64,000 nt of DNA from Acidobacteriota bacterium (GTDB taxonomy: Bacteria > Acidobacteriota > Thermoanaerobaculia > Gp7-AA8), in the NCBI GenBank assembly GCA_019244185.1, contig JAFATB010000005.1, positions 32,001-96,000 of the forward strand, in the 5' to 3' direction. A model generated the notes under the pieces. The model did no database searches. It was not told where the DNA came from and was given only the letters and a program-made list of their open reading frames with translations. The translations under genes and the position numbers were made by a program. Position 1 is the first letter of the stretch, and every line of letters starts with the position of its first letter. This document shows positions 37,633 through 45,691 of the stretch, in pieces.

Positions 37633-39090
37633 ATGCAAGTCGACATCAGCCGCGTCCCGAACCTCGCGAAATTCGATCATCTGTTCGTCCTCCTTGCGGA
37701 AGGCGCGGCGGAGGTCGAGCTGGCCGAAGCGCGGGACGCGATCGCGCGCGCGAAATTCGAGGGACGCGGCGACGAATCGATCACCATCCTCGCCGACGGG
37801 CCGCGCAAGATCACGCTGATCGGCCTCGGCAAGCGCGAGTCGCTCACGCTGCGCGGCGTGCGCGCGGCGCTCACCTCCGTCGGCCGCATCGCGAAGAAAC
37901 AGCGCGACAAGAAAGTGGCCGTGCTCTTCCCGGAGTTGCTGCCGCAGCTCGACGCGGAAGAGTCGCTCGTCGCCGCCGCGGACATGCTCGGGCAGAGCGA
38001 CTACAAGTACGACCCCTACATCACCGTCCGCAAAGAGCAGAAGCGGACGCCGATCGCGGCCACGCTCCTCGCACCGGCGTCCATCGAGCCGAAACGCCTC
38101 CGCGCGCTCACCACGCGTTTGAAAGCGGTGTACGACGGCGTCACCACCACGCGCGACGTCTCGAACGCGCCGTGCAACGTCATGACGCCCGAGGCGCTCG
38201 CGGATCGCGCGGTCGAAGTCGCGAAAGAGACCGGCATCAAGTGCACGGTCTACGGCAAGCGTGAGATCGAGCGGATGAAGATGGGCGGCCTTCTCGCCGT
38301 CAACCGCGGCTCCGTGCTTCCGCCGCGCTTCGTGGTCATGGAGCACGCGCCGCGCGGTGCGAAGACGCACGTCGCGCTGGTCGGCAAAGGCATCACCTTC
38401 GACTCGGGCGGCATCTCCATCAAGCCGTCCGAGAAGATGGAAGAGATGAAGTTCGACATGTGCGGCGCCGCCGCCGTGATCGGCATCATGGAAGCCGCGG
38501 CCAAGCTCGCGCTGCCGGTCAAGCTTACCGGTATCTTCGCCGCCACCGAGAACCTTCCCAGCGGCAGCGCCTACAAGCCGGGCGAGATCATCACGATGAT
38601 GAACGGCAAGACCGTGGAGATCGTGAATACCGACGCCGAAGGACGCATGATCCTCGGCGACGCGCTGCATTACGCATCGAAGCTGAAACCCGATCACATC
38701 CTCGACTACGCCACGCTCACCGGCGCGTGCGTGGTCGCTCTCGGCAGCGAGACCGCGGGCCTCTTCAGCAACAATGACGAGCTGGCCCGGAAGTTGATTG
38801 AATCGGGGGAACGCGTCGGCGATCGTGTGTGGCGACTTCCCGCGTGGAGCGAGTACAAGGAAGGGATTCGCAGCGAATGGGCCGACATGAAAAACACGGG
38901 CGGACGCTGGGGTGGCGCGATCACCGCGGCGGTCTTCCTCGAGGAGTTCGTCGATTGTCCTTCCTGGGCTCATCTCGACATCGCCGGGACCGCGTATGCG
39001 GAGAGCGAGACGGCGCGCGAAGCGCGCGGCGCGACGGGCGCCGGCGTGCGCGTCACCATCGAGTTCCTGCAGTCGCTTTCGCGGCGCTGA
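37633..39090 (+). CDS. pepA: leucyl aminopeptidase (M17)
   Basis: GKGITFDSGG, KFDMCG, NTDAEGR, HLDIAG. Confidence 0.95.
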   Translation: MQVDISRVPNLAKFDHLFVLLAEGAAEVELAEARDAIARAKFEGRGDESITILADGPRKITLIGLGKRESLTLRGVRAALTSVGRIAKKQRDKKVAVLFPELLPQLDAEESLVAAADMLGQSDYKYDPYITVRKEQKRTPIAATLLAPASIEPKRLRALTTRLKAVYDGVTTTRDVSNAPCNVMTPEALADRAVEVAKETGIKCTVYGKREIERMKMGGLLAVNRGSVLPPRFVVMEHAPRGAKTHVALVGKGITFDSGGISIKPSEKMEEMKFDMCGAAAVIGIMEAAAKLALPVKLTGIFAATENLPSGSAYKPGEIITMMNGKTVEIVNTDAEGRMILGDALHYASKLKPDHILDYATLTGACVVALGSETAGLFSNNDELARKLIESGERVGDRVWRLPAWSEYKEGIRSEWADMKNTGGRWGGAITAAVFLEEFVDCPSWAHLDIAGTAYAESETAREARGATGAGVRVTIEFLQSLSRR

Positions 39091-40118
39091 CGCTCGCGCT
39101 GTCGTTGCTGCTCGCGGCCTGCGGCGGCAGCGCCGCGAAGAAAGCCGTTGCGCCGCCGCCGGCCGAGCCGCAGATCGACTTCACGCTCATCGACTCGCCG
39201 AGCCTGCAGTTCCTCCCCCGCCGCGAGGAAGCGCAGGGCTGGCGTCTCGATGAAGACCCGGTCGTCGTTCCGGGCGAGCGCATCGGCTCGTACCTCGGCG
39301 CCGACGGCCAGAACTTCGCCAAATACGACGTCATCGATCTCACCGCCGGCAAGTACACCGCGACGAGCGGCGCCGGATTCGCCACCGTCGAGATCTTTCG
39401 CTTCCCCGACTTCGTCAAAGCCTTCGGCGCGTACTCGATCCGCAAGGAAGTCTCACGCCGCTTTGTGCCGATCGACAACGAGGCCTACGTCAGCAAGTAC
39501 ACCGTGCACGTCTGGCGCGGCCCGTTCTACGTGCGCGTCACCGGCGGCTCGGAGAAGGCGTTCGAGGCGCTGACGTCGCTCGCCTCCTCCGTCGCCGAGC
39601 GCATGCCGCCCGCGCCCGCGAAGCCGGCCGTCTTCGCCTTCTTCCCGACCGACACGCGCGTGCCGAACAGCGAGCGCTACTCCACCGACAAGACGCTCGG
39701 CCTGGCCATTCTCGCCAACGCGTTCCAGGCCACCTTCAACGTCGGCGGCGACACGATGGAAGGCCTCATCATCCCCGCCGCGAACAAGAACGCCGCCGCG
39801 AAGATCCTCAACGAATACCGCGATCTCTACGTTCGCAACGGCAAGCTACTCGACCCGATCCCGAACCTCGGCGAGGACAACTTCACCGCCGAAGACCGCT
39901 TCCTCGGCCGCACCATCGCGTTCCGCATCGACCGCTTCGTCATCGCCTTCAACGGCTACAAGGAGCGGCAGAAGCTGATCGACCTCGCCGTCGCCACCGA
40001 CACGCGCATCCTCGGCACGATCCGCAAGCAGCTCGTCACCGCGGAGAAGCAGGCCGAGGCCGCGAACGACACGTCGAAGACGACGAACGACAAGCGGCCG
40101 CCGTGGGCAAGGCAGTAG
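39087..40118 (+). CDS. lipoprotein (DUF6599-like); start uncertain
   Basis: Lipobox LAAC, AFGAYS, WRGPFYV; strong GC3 bias; no nearby in-frame ATG or GTG. Confidence 0.7.
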   Translation: MTLALSLLLAACGGSAAKKAVAPPPAEPQIDFTLIDSPSLQFLPRREEAQGWRLDEDPVVVPGERIGSYLGADGQNFAKYDVIDLTAGKYTATSGAGFATVEIFRFPDFVKAFGAYSIRKEVSRRFVPIDNEAYVSKYTVHVWRGPFYVRVTGGSEKAFEALTSLASSVAERMPPAPAKPAVFAFFPTDTRVPNSERYSTDKTLGLAILANAFQATFNVGGDTMEGLIIPAANKNAAAKILNEYRDLYVRNGKLLDPIPNLGEDNFTAEDRFLGRTIAFRIDRFVIAFNGYKERQKLIDLAVATDTRILGTIRKQLVTAEKQAEAANDTSKTTNDKRPPWARQ

Positions 40119-40121
40119 GAT

Positions 40122-40601
40122 TCACCGTTCCCACGTCCCCGATTTTCCGCCGGACTTGCGGACGAGCTGCAGGCCGTCGATCGTGATCCCCTTCTCGGCG
40201 GACTTGCACATGTCGTAGATCGTCAGCGCCGCGACCGCGCACGCGGTCATCGCTTCCATCTCGACGCCGGTCTTGGCCTCGCAGCGGACGATCGAGCGCA
40301 CTTCGATCGTGCCGCTCGCGGGATCGAGATCGAAGGTGATGTCGACCGACTCGATGGCGATCGGATGCGCGAGCGGAATCAGCGACGGCGTCTGTTTCGC
40401 CGCGAGCACGCCGGCGATCTTCGCGGTGGTCAGCACGTCGCCTTTCGGCAGTGCCGCGCTCATGAGCTTCGTCAGCGTCGCCGCCGACATGCGCACGGTC
40501 GCCACGGCCACCGCCTCGCGCTGCGTGGCGCGCTTCGCGCCAACGTTCACCATCGAGATGCCGCCGGTTTCGTCGAGATGCGAGAAATCCTTGTCAGCCA
40601 T
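40122..40601 (-). CDS. moaC: cyclic pyranopterin monophosphate synthase
   Basis: KGDVL...AGVLAAK.T..LIP, TGVEMEA, YDMCK, KSGG. Confidence 0.96.
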   Translation of the reverse strand: MADKDFSHLDETGGISMVNVGAKRATQREAVAVATVRMSAATLTKLMSAALPKGDVLTTAKIAGVLAAKQTPSLIPLAHPIAIESVDITFDLDPASGTIEVRSIVRCEAKTGVEMEAMTACAVAALTIYDMCKSAEKGITIDGLQLVRKSGGKSGTWER

Positions 40602-41118
40602 CGTCCTGCGCCGCCTTCCACTCCTCGACCGTATTCACGTTGCGCAGCGGCTCGCCGCGGAAGCGCGCGCGCAACGCCGCCTCGCCGATCATGTCGCGTT
40701 CGACCGCCGACCGCAAATCGTAGCGCCGCCGCGCGATGCGCTCGCGCAGGCGCGGCAGCGACGCCGCGTCCCACACCGCGCACAGCAACTGCGGCTCGCC
40801 GTCCCACAGCGGCACGCGGCCGTCATCGCGCAGAAACGCGAGCACGTCGCTCGTGATCAGCGGATAGTCGACCGCGAGGATGAACGCGCGCGACCGCGCG
40901 TGCTCGAGCGCGCGCGCGACGCCGAAGATCACGCCGTCGCCGTCGTGCGGCTCTTCGAAGATCGTCGCGATCGGCATCGCCTCGCCGCCGAAACGCTGCA
41001 CCGCGACGACCTCGTCGAACACCGGTCGCGCCGCCTCGACGATGCGGTCGAGAAACAGAGCGCTCTTCGACGTTCCCATGCGGCGCGAATGTCCGCCGAC
41101 GAGCACGTAAGCGTTCAC
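40594..41118 (-). CDS. mobA: molybdenum cofactor guanylyltransferase
   Basis: LVGGHSRRMG..K, AVDYP, NVNT. GTG 41118 preferred (alternative ATG 41136). Confidence 0.8.
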   Translation of the reverse strand: MNAYVLVGGHSRRMGTSKSALFLDRIVEAARPVFDEVVAVQRFGGEAMPIATIFEEPHDGDGVIFGVARALEHARSRAFILAVDYPLITSDVLAFLRDDGRVPLWDGEPQLLCAVWDAASLPRLRERIARRRYDLRSAVERDMIGEAALRARFRGEPLRNVNTVEEWKAAQDDG

Positions 41119-41126
41119 GAACGCGT

Positions 41127-41136
41127 ACGTTACCAT
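41127..41136. promoter_or_regulatory. bidirectional overlapping -10 elements (TAACGT minus / TACCAT plus)
   Basis: ACGTTACCAT between divergent starts 41118 and 41144. Confidence 0.55.
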
Positions 41137-41143
41137 CGCGCGC

Positions 41144-41794
41144 GTGGCGGCCCGCGTGAGCGTCATCATCCCCGCGCTCGACGAAGCCGCGCGCATCGGC
41201 GCGACGATCGACGCCGCGCTCGCGGCCGGCGCGGCCGAAGTCATCGTCGCCGACGGCGGCAGCCGCGACGCGACCGCCGGCATCGCGCGCGCGCACGGCG
41301 CGCAGGTCGTCACCGGCGAACGCATGCGCGCGCGGCAGCTCAACGCGGGCGCGCGCGCGGCGTCGCACGACGTGCTGCTGTTCCTGCACGCCGACACGCT
41401 GCTGCCCGCCGGCGCGTGCGACGCGGCCGCGGCGGCGATCGAACGAGGTGCCACGTTCGGCGGCTTCCGCATCGCGTTCATCGAGCCGGGACTGGAGCGC
41501 GTCGCGTGGTTCATCAACGCGCGGACGCGGCTCACGCGGCAGCCGTGGGGCGATCAGGCGCAGTTCATCCGCCGCGACGCGTTCCCCGGGTTCCGCGAGA
41601 TCCCGCTGATGGAAGACTACGCGCTCGCCCGCCGCATGCGCCGCGCCGTGATCCTTCCGCTCGCCGTGCGCACGTCCGGCCGCCGCTTCCTCGCCAAAGG
41701 CATTCTCCGCACGGCGATGGTCAACTGGTTGATCATCGCCGGCTATCACCTCGGCGTCGCGCCGGAACGGCTGGCGCGATGGTACCGACGTTGA
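41144..41794 (+). CDS. glycosyltransferase family 2 (TIGR04283-like)
   Basis: SVIIPALDE, DGGSRD, FLHADT, WGDQAQF, LMED, TSGRR. Confidence 0.88.
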   Translation: MAARVSVIIPALDEAARIGATIDAALAAGAAEVIVADGGSRDATAGIARAHGAQVVTGERMRARQLNAGARAASHDVLLFLHADTLLPAGACDAAAAAIERGATFGGFRIAFIEPGLERVAWFINARTRLTRQPWGDQAQFIRRDAFPGFREIPLMEDYALARRMRRAVILPLAVRTSGRRFLAKGILRTAMVNWLIIAGYHLGVAPERLARWYRR

Positions 41795-42229
41795 CTACTT
41801 CATCTGCTCGCGCGAACGCCGCTCCATCTCCTCGGAGCTCACGTCCTCGAAGTGCGTGGCGATCCACCAGAGATTGCCGGCGGAATCCTTCACGCCGGCG
41901 TTGCGGTCGCCGTAGAACTGATCGGCCGGTTCCATGATCGATGTCGCGCCGGCGCGCAACGCCGCCGCGTACGTGACGTCGGTGTTCTCGACGTAGAGGT
42001 AGAGCGCGCCGGGACGCGCCTCCGAGCCTTCGCGCGCCTGCCCCATCATCACCACCGAGTCGCCGATCACCGCTTCGGCGTGGCGCAGCTTGCCGGACGC
42101 GTCGGGGATCGCTTCCTTGATCATCGCGCCGAACGCCGCCTTCACGAACTCCACGAGACTCGGGAGATCGTCGACGGTGAGATACGGCGTGATGGTGTGG
42201 TAGCCGTCGGGGATCGCTTTCACGGTCAT
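41795..42229 (-). CDS. VOC/PhnB-like glyoxalase family protein
   Basis: IPDGYHTITPYL, HAE..IGDS, DQFYGDR. Confidence 0.9.
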   Translation of the reverse strand: MTVKAIPDGYHTITPYLTVDDLPSLVEFVKAAFGAMIKEAIPDASGKLRHAEAVIGDSVVMMGQAREGSEARPGALYLYVENTDVTYAAALRAGATSIMEPADQFYGDRNAGVKDSAGNLWWIATHFEDVSSEEMERRSREQMK

Positions 42230-42618
42230 CGTTTCTTTCGTCCTTTCCCTTTCGCCGCGGTCACGCGATGCGCCTCGGCGATGAGCGATGCGATGGCCGG
42301 CCATCCGAGGCCGGTGTCGAGGTTGATGCCGATCCAGCCGCCCTTGCCGACGTACGGCGGCACGAAGAAGTGCTTCGGATCGGCGGCGACGATTGCTTCC
42401 TGCGCTCCGTCCGGCGCGTTGCACCAGATCGCGAGGCGGCCGTCGCCGTGGTGATTGTTCGTGAACATGACGAAGAGCCGCTCGTGCACGCGGAACGTCG
42501 GCTCGCCCCACGCGAGCTTCTCCGTGGTATCGGGGAGCGCGAGGCAGATCGCGCGCACGCGTTCGAGCGCATCCGCCGCGGTCTTCGCGGAGGCCTGACG
42601 TTTCTTCGCCGCCGTCAC
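42226..42618 (-). CDS. MmcQ/YjbR family protein
   Basis: CLALP...WGEPTFRV, FFVPPYVG..GWIG. Confidence 0.88.
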   Translation of the reverse strand: MTAAKKRQASAKTAADALERVRAICLALPDTTEKLAWGEPTFRVHERLFVMFTNNHHGDGRLAIWCNAPDGAQEAIVAADPKHFFVPPYVGKGGWIGINLDTGLGWPAIASLIAEAHRVTAAKGKGRKKR

Positions 42619-43088
42619 CGCTTCTTCCGCTCTTCGTCGGCGATCTTCTTCGCGTGCCGCGACTGGCCGAGGGAGACGTTGATCGGGTGGCTGCGATCGA
42701 GGAACGGCACCGCGGGCTTCGCGCGCACGCCGACGAGCTGCCGCACCGTCAAGAGATAGTCCTGATCGGGTGCGATCTTCAGTCCCTGCTCGAGCGTCTC
42801 CAGCGCCTTCTTGCGATTGCCCGCGGCGAGATAGATGCGCGCGAGGTTCGCGTAGTGATCGCCGTTGTAGAACTCGAGCTCGATCGCGCGGCGGCACAGA
42901 TCGATGGCCGGCTTGAACTTCTTCTGTACGAGTGCGAGGCAGAGCGCGAAGTACGACAGGCCGGCCGCCGCCTTCGCGGTGTTCATCGGCGGCGCTTCTT
43001 CGGTGCCGTAGATGTCGAGGAACATGGTCAGCGCGTGGAGGAAGTCCTCGTCGCGCGTCGTGCGAATCGCCTCTTCCACCGTCGCCAT
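42615..43088 (-). CDS. tetratricopeptide repeat protein
   Basis: TPR-like helices (AIDLCRRAI, YANLARIY), RSHPIN tail. Confidence 0.8.
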   Translation of the reverse strand: MATVEEAIRTTRDEDFLHALTMFLDIYGTEEAPPMNTAKAAAGLSYFALCLALVQKKFKPAIDLCRRAIELEFYNGDHYANLARIYLAAGNRKKALETLEQGLKIAPDQDYLLTVRQLVGVRAKPAVPFLDRSHPINVSLGQSRHAKKIADEERKKR

Positions 43089-43792
43089 CAGATCGTTTCC
43101 CGCGAGCGCAGCCGGTGCACGAAGCGCGAGATGCGCGCGCGCTCGTCCTCCGACGGATCGAGAAAGCGCATCCCGTATTTCGACATCGACCCGGAGAACT
43201 CCGCTCGCAAGACCTCGGCCAGCAGCTGCAGCGGTTGCGCATCGCCGGGCAGGTAGAAGTGCAGCCGCACCGGCCCTTCCTGCGGGAGCATGCGATCGAC
43301 CTCGATGAGGATGCCGGTCGCGGAGATGTTCACGCTGCGCCCGAGGACGAAGCGTCCGTTCTTCTCGAGCGAGACCTCGATCTTCGTGATCGTGCGCAGC
43401 TGCCGCCGCACCGGGATGCGCGTCAGCTTCTCGACTTTCTGATCGAGCTCCGGCTTCTGCAGCGGACGGAAGATCACGTCGTTGCAGCCGGCGGAGAGGC
43501 AGAGGTCGCCGTGCTCGGCGTGATCGCGGTCGCAGACGAGCAGCAGCGAGATCGCGCGCGTCAGCTCGTCGGCGCGGATCTCGCGGCAGAACTCCGGCGC
43601 GGTCATGTCGAAGAGGTCGTAGCCGAAGATGATGAGGTTCGGCTTTTCCATGCGCGCCTTGACGAGCCCCTCGGAGCCGGCCAGCGCGGTCATCACCTGC
43701 ATGTCGCGGCGCCGGAGGATCGTCTCCTGGAAGAGAAGCGCGCCACGGGAATGGTCGACCAGGAGAATGCTGCCCTGCGCGTCCGACGTCAT
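43088..43792 (-). CDS. pseudo-receiver + PilZ domain protein
   Basis: Degenerate REC fold; PilZ RRQLR and NISATG motifs. Confidence 0.82.
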   Translation of the reverse strand: MTSDAQGSILLVDHSRGALLFQETILRRRDMQVMTALAGSEGLVKARMEKPNLIIFGYDLFDMTAPEFCREIRADELTRAISLLLVCDRDHAEHGDLCLSAGCNDVIFRPLQKPELDQKVEKLTRIPVRRQLRTITKIEVSLEKNGRFVLGRSVNISATGILIEVDRMLPQEGPVRLHFYLPGDAQPLQLLAEVLRAEFSGSMSKYGMRFLDPSEDERARISRFVHRLRSRETI

Positions 43793-44922
43793 GCCGCCGT
43801 GATCTCCCTCAGTTTGCGGACCGCGCGGCCGAGGTCCGAGACCAGGAGCGCCACGTGATCGCTGGTATTCGACTTCCCGAATCCAAAACGAATCGAGCCC
43901 ATCGCCGCTTCGTCCGAGAGACCGATCGCCTTCAGCACGCGCGACGGTCCGCGGTCGCCGGCGCTGCAGGCGGAGCCCGACGAAAGCGAGAATCGTTTCA
44001 TGGCCAGGATGAGCGAGTCGGCTTCCACGCGATCGAAGCTGACGTTGAGATTGCCCGGCAATCTTAACTCCCGCGGTCCATTGATCGAAACGCCGTCGAT
44101 GTTCGCGACGATGCCGTCGCGCAGTTCTTCGCGCAGCGCGACGAGGCGCACCGCCTCGTCGTGCATCTCGGACGCGCGCAGTTGCAGCGCCGCCGCGAAG
44201 CCGACGATCGCCGGAACGTTGAGCGTGCCGGCGCGCACGCCGCGTTCCTGTCCGCCGCCGATGACCACCGGCTCCACGCGCGTGCCGCGACGCACGAACA
44301 GCGCGCCGATGCCTTTCGGTCCGTAGACCTTGTGCGCGGAGAACGACGCGAGGTCGACGAGCGACAGGTCGAGCGGAATCTTCCCCGCCGCCTGCGTCGC
44401 GTCGGTGTGAAAGAGGACGCGACGTTCGCGACAGACCGCGGCCAGCGCGCCGATCGGCTGGATCGTGCCGATCTCGCCGTTCGCCGCCTCGATCGACACG
44501 AGCCGCGTCTCCGGACGCAGCGCCGCGCGCAACGCGTCGGCCGTGATGAAGCCTTCGGAGTCGGGCTCGAGGATCGTGACCGCGACGCCGCGTTTCGCGA
44601 GCCGCTCCGCGGGCACGAGGATCGACTTGTGCTCGGTCGCGCTCGTGATGAGGTGGTCGCCCTCGCGGAGCAGATTCAGCGCGATGTTGTTCGACTCCGT
44701 CGCGCCGGCGGTGAAGTAGATCTCCGGCGGCAGCACGCCGAGAAACCGCGCGATGGCGATGCGCGCGTCTTCGACGGCGGTCGACGCCTTCCGCCCATGC
44801 GCGTGCGTGATCGACGCCGGGTTGCCGAAAAAGTCCGTGAAGTACGGCAGCATCGCCTCCACGACGCGCGGATCGCACGGAGTCGTGGAGTGATGATCGA
44901 CGTAGATGACGTCGAGGGGCAT
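43789..44922 (-). CDS. cysteine desulfurase (IscS-like)
   Basis: SAHKVYGPKGIG, SSGSACS, GATESNN. Confidence 0.92.
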   Translation of the reverse strand: MPLDVIYVDHHSTTPCDPRVVEAMLPYFTDFFGNPASITHAHGRKASTAVEDARIAIARFLGVLPPEIYFTAGATESNNIALNLLREGDHLITSATEHKSILVPAERLAKRGVAVTILEPDSEGFITADALRAALRPETRLVSIEAANGEIGTIQPIGALAAVCRERRVLFHTDATQAAGKIPLDLSLVDLASFSAHKVYGPKGIGALFVRRGTRVEPVVIGGGQERGVRAGTLNVPAIVGFAAALQLRASEMHDEAVRLVALREELRDGIVANIDGVSINGPRELRLPGNLNVSFDRVEADSLILAMKRFSLSSGSACSAGDRGPSRVLKAIGLSDEAAMGSIRFGFGKSNTSDHVALLVSDLGRAVRKLREITAA

Positions 44923-45170
44923 GGCTCGAAGTGTAACGCGAGCGGTGGAACGTGCGGCGAGACGTGTTGCGCAGTCCTCTACCGGCTCTTCACGCGCGCT
45001 TTACGAACGAGGGCAGACGGCTTTACGTCCGCAGACCTAGGCTTGGTGCATGAACCGATTTGAGCCGAATTCGCGCGGCCAAATTCACATTGGGCACATG
45101 CCGGCTGCAACGGCCGGCAACCGGCATCGCGCCATGTTCGCGGCTCTCCCCGAGCCGACGGAGGTGCGAA

Positions 45171-45191
45171 ATGGCTAACCGGCACGGGTAA
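45171..45191 (+). other. putative upstream mini-ORF MANRHG*
   Basis: GGAGGT SD at 45160-45165 followed by ATG GCT AAC CGG CAC GGG TAA. Confidence 0.35.
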
Positions 45192-45283
45192 GACCCGCCT
45201 CCCGCTCTCATTCTCTTTTCACTTCTCGCACGCCGCCTCGTGATTGGCGGCGCTCGGAGAACGTGTCGATTCCGGAGGCAACG

Positions 45284-45643
45284 ATGTTGTCCGTAGACAG
45301 ACTTCCCCTCGTGCAGACCTTCGCCCATCGTGCACATGGATTGGTGCGCACGCTGGAGCTCATGCACCTCGCCGATTTCGTGATCGGCTTCACCCACAGC
45401 CATCTCGCGCTGTTGCTCGCGCCGCTGCTGACCAGCACGAGTTCCGCGACGTCTCCCGCGCTCCTCGGCGCATTCACCATCGCCGCGATGTTCTTCCCGG
45501 GATTTGCGTGGAAGCGGCGCCGGCGGTCGAGCAAGCGCGCGCGCCGCCAGCGGACGCGCATCGTCGAGCGCATCCACAAGCATCCCGACGGCTCGGAGGA
45601 TCGGGAGACGATCACCACGCGCGAGTCCGACGAGCCTGGTTGA
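45284..45643 (+). CDS. small hypothetical membrane protein with basic stretch
   Basis: GGAGG SD at 45274-45278; hydrophobic segment then KRRRRSSKRARRQR. Confidence 0.55.
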   Translation: MLSVDRLPLVQTFAHRAHGLVRTLELMHLADFVIGFTHSHLALLLAPLLTSTSSATSPALLGAFTIAAMFFPGFAWKRRRRSSKRARRQRTRIVERIHKHPDGSEDRETITTRESDEPG

Positions 45644-45691
45644 ACGGAACGATGATTCGCGATCCGTGCGATCGCGAGTTTCCGTCGAACC

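Noticed and set aside
45090-45110. Sigma-54 promoter TGGGCACATGCCGGCTGCA
   Set aside because: The GGCAC-to-TGC spacing is 2 bp too long.
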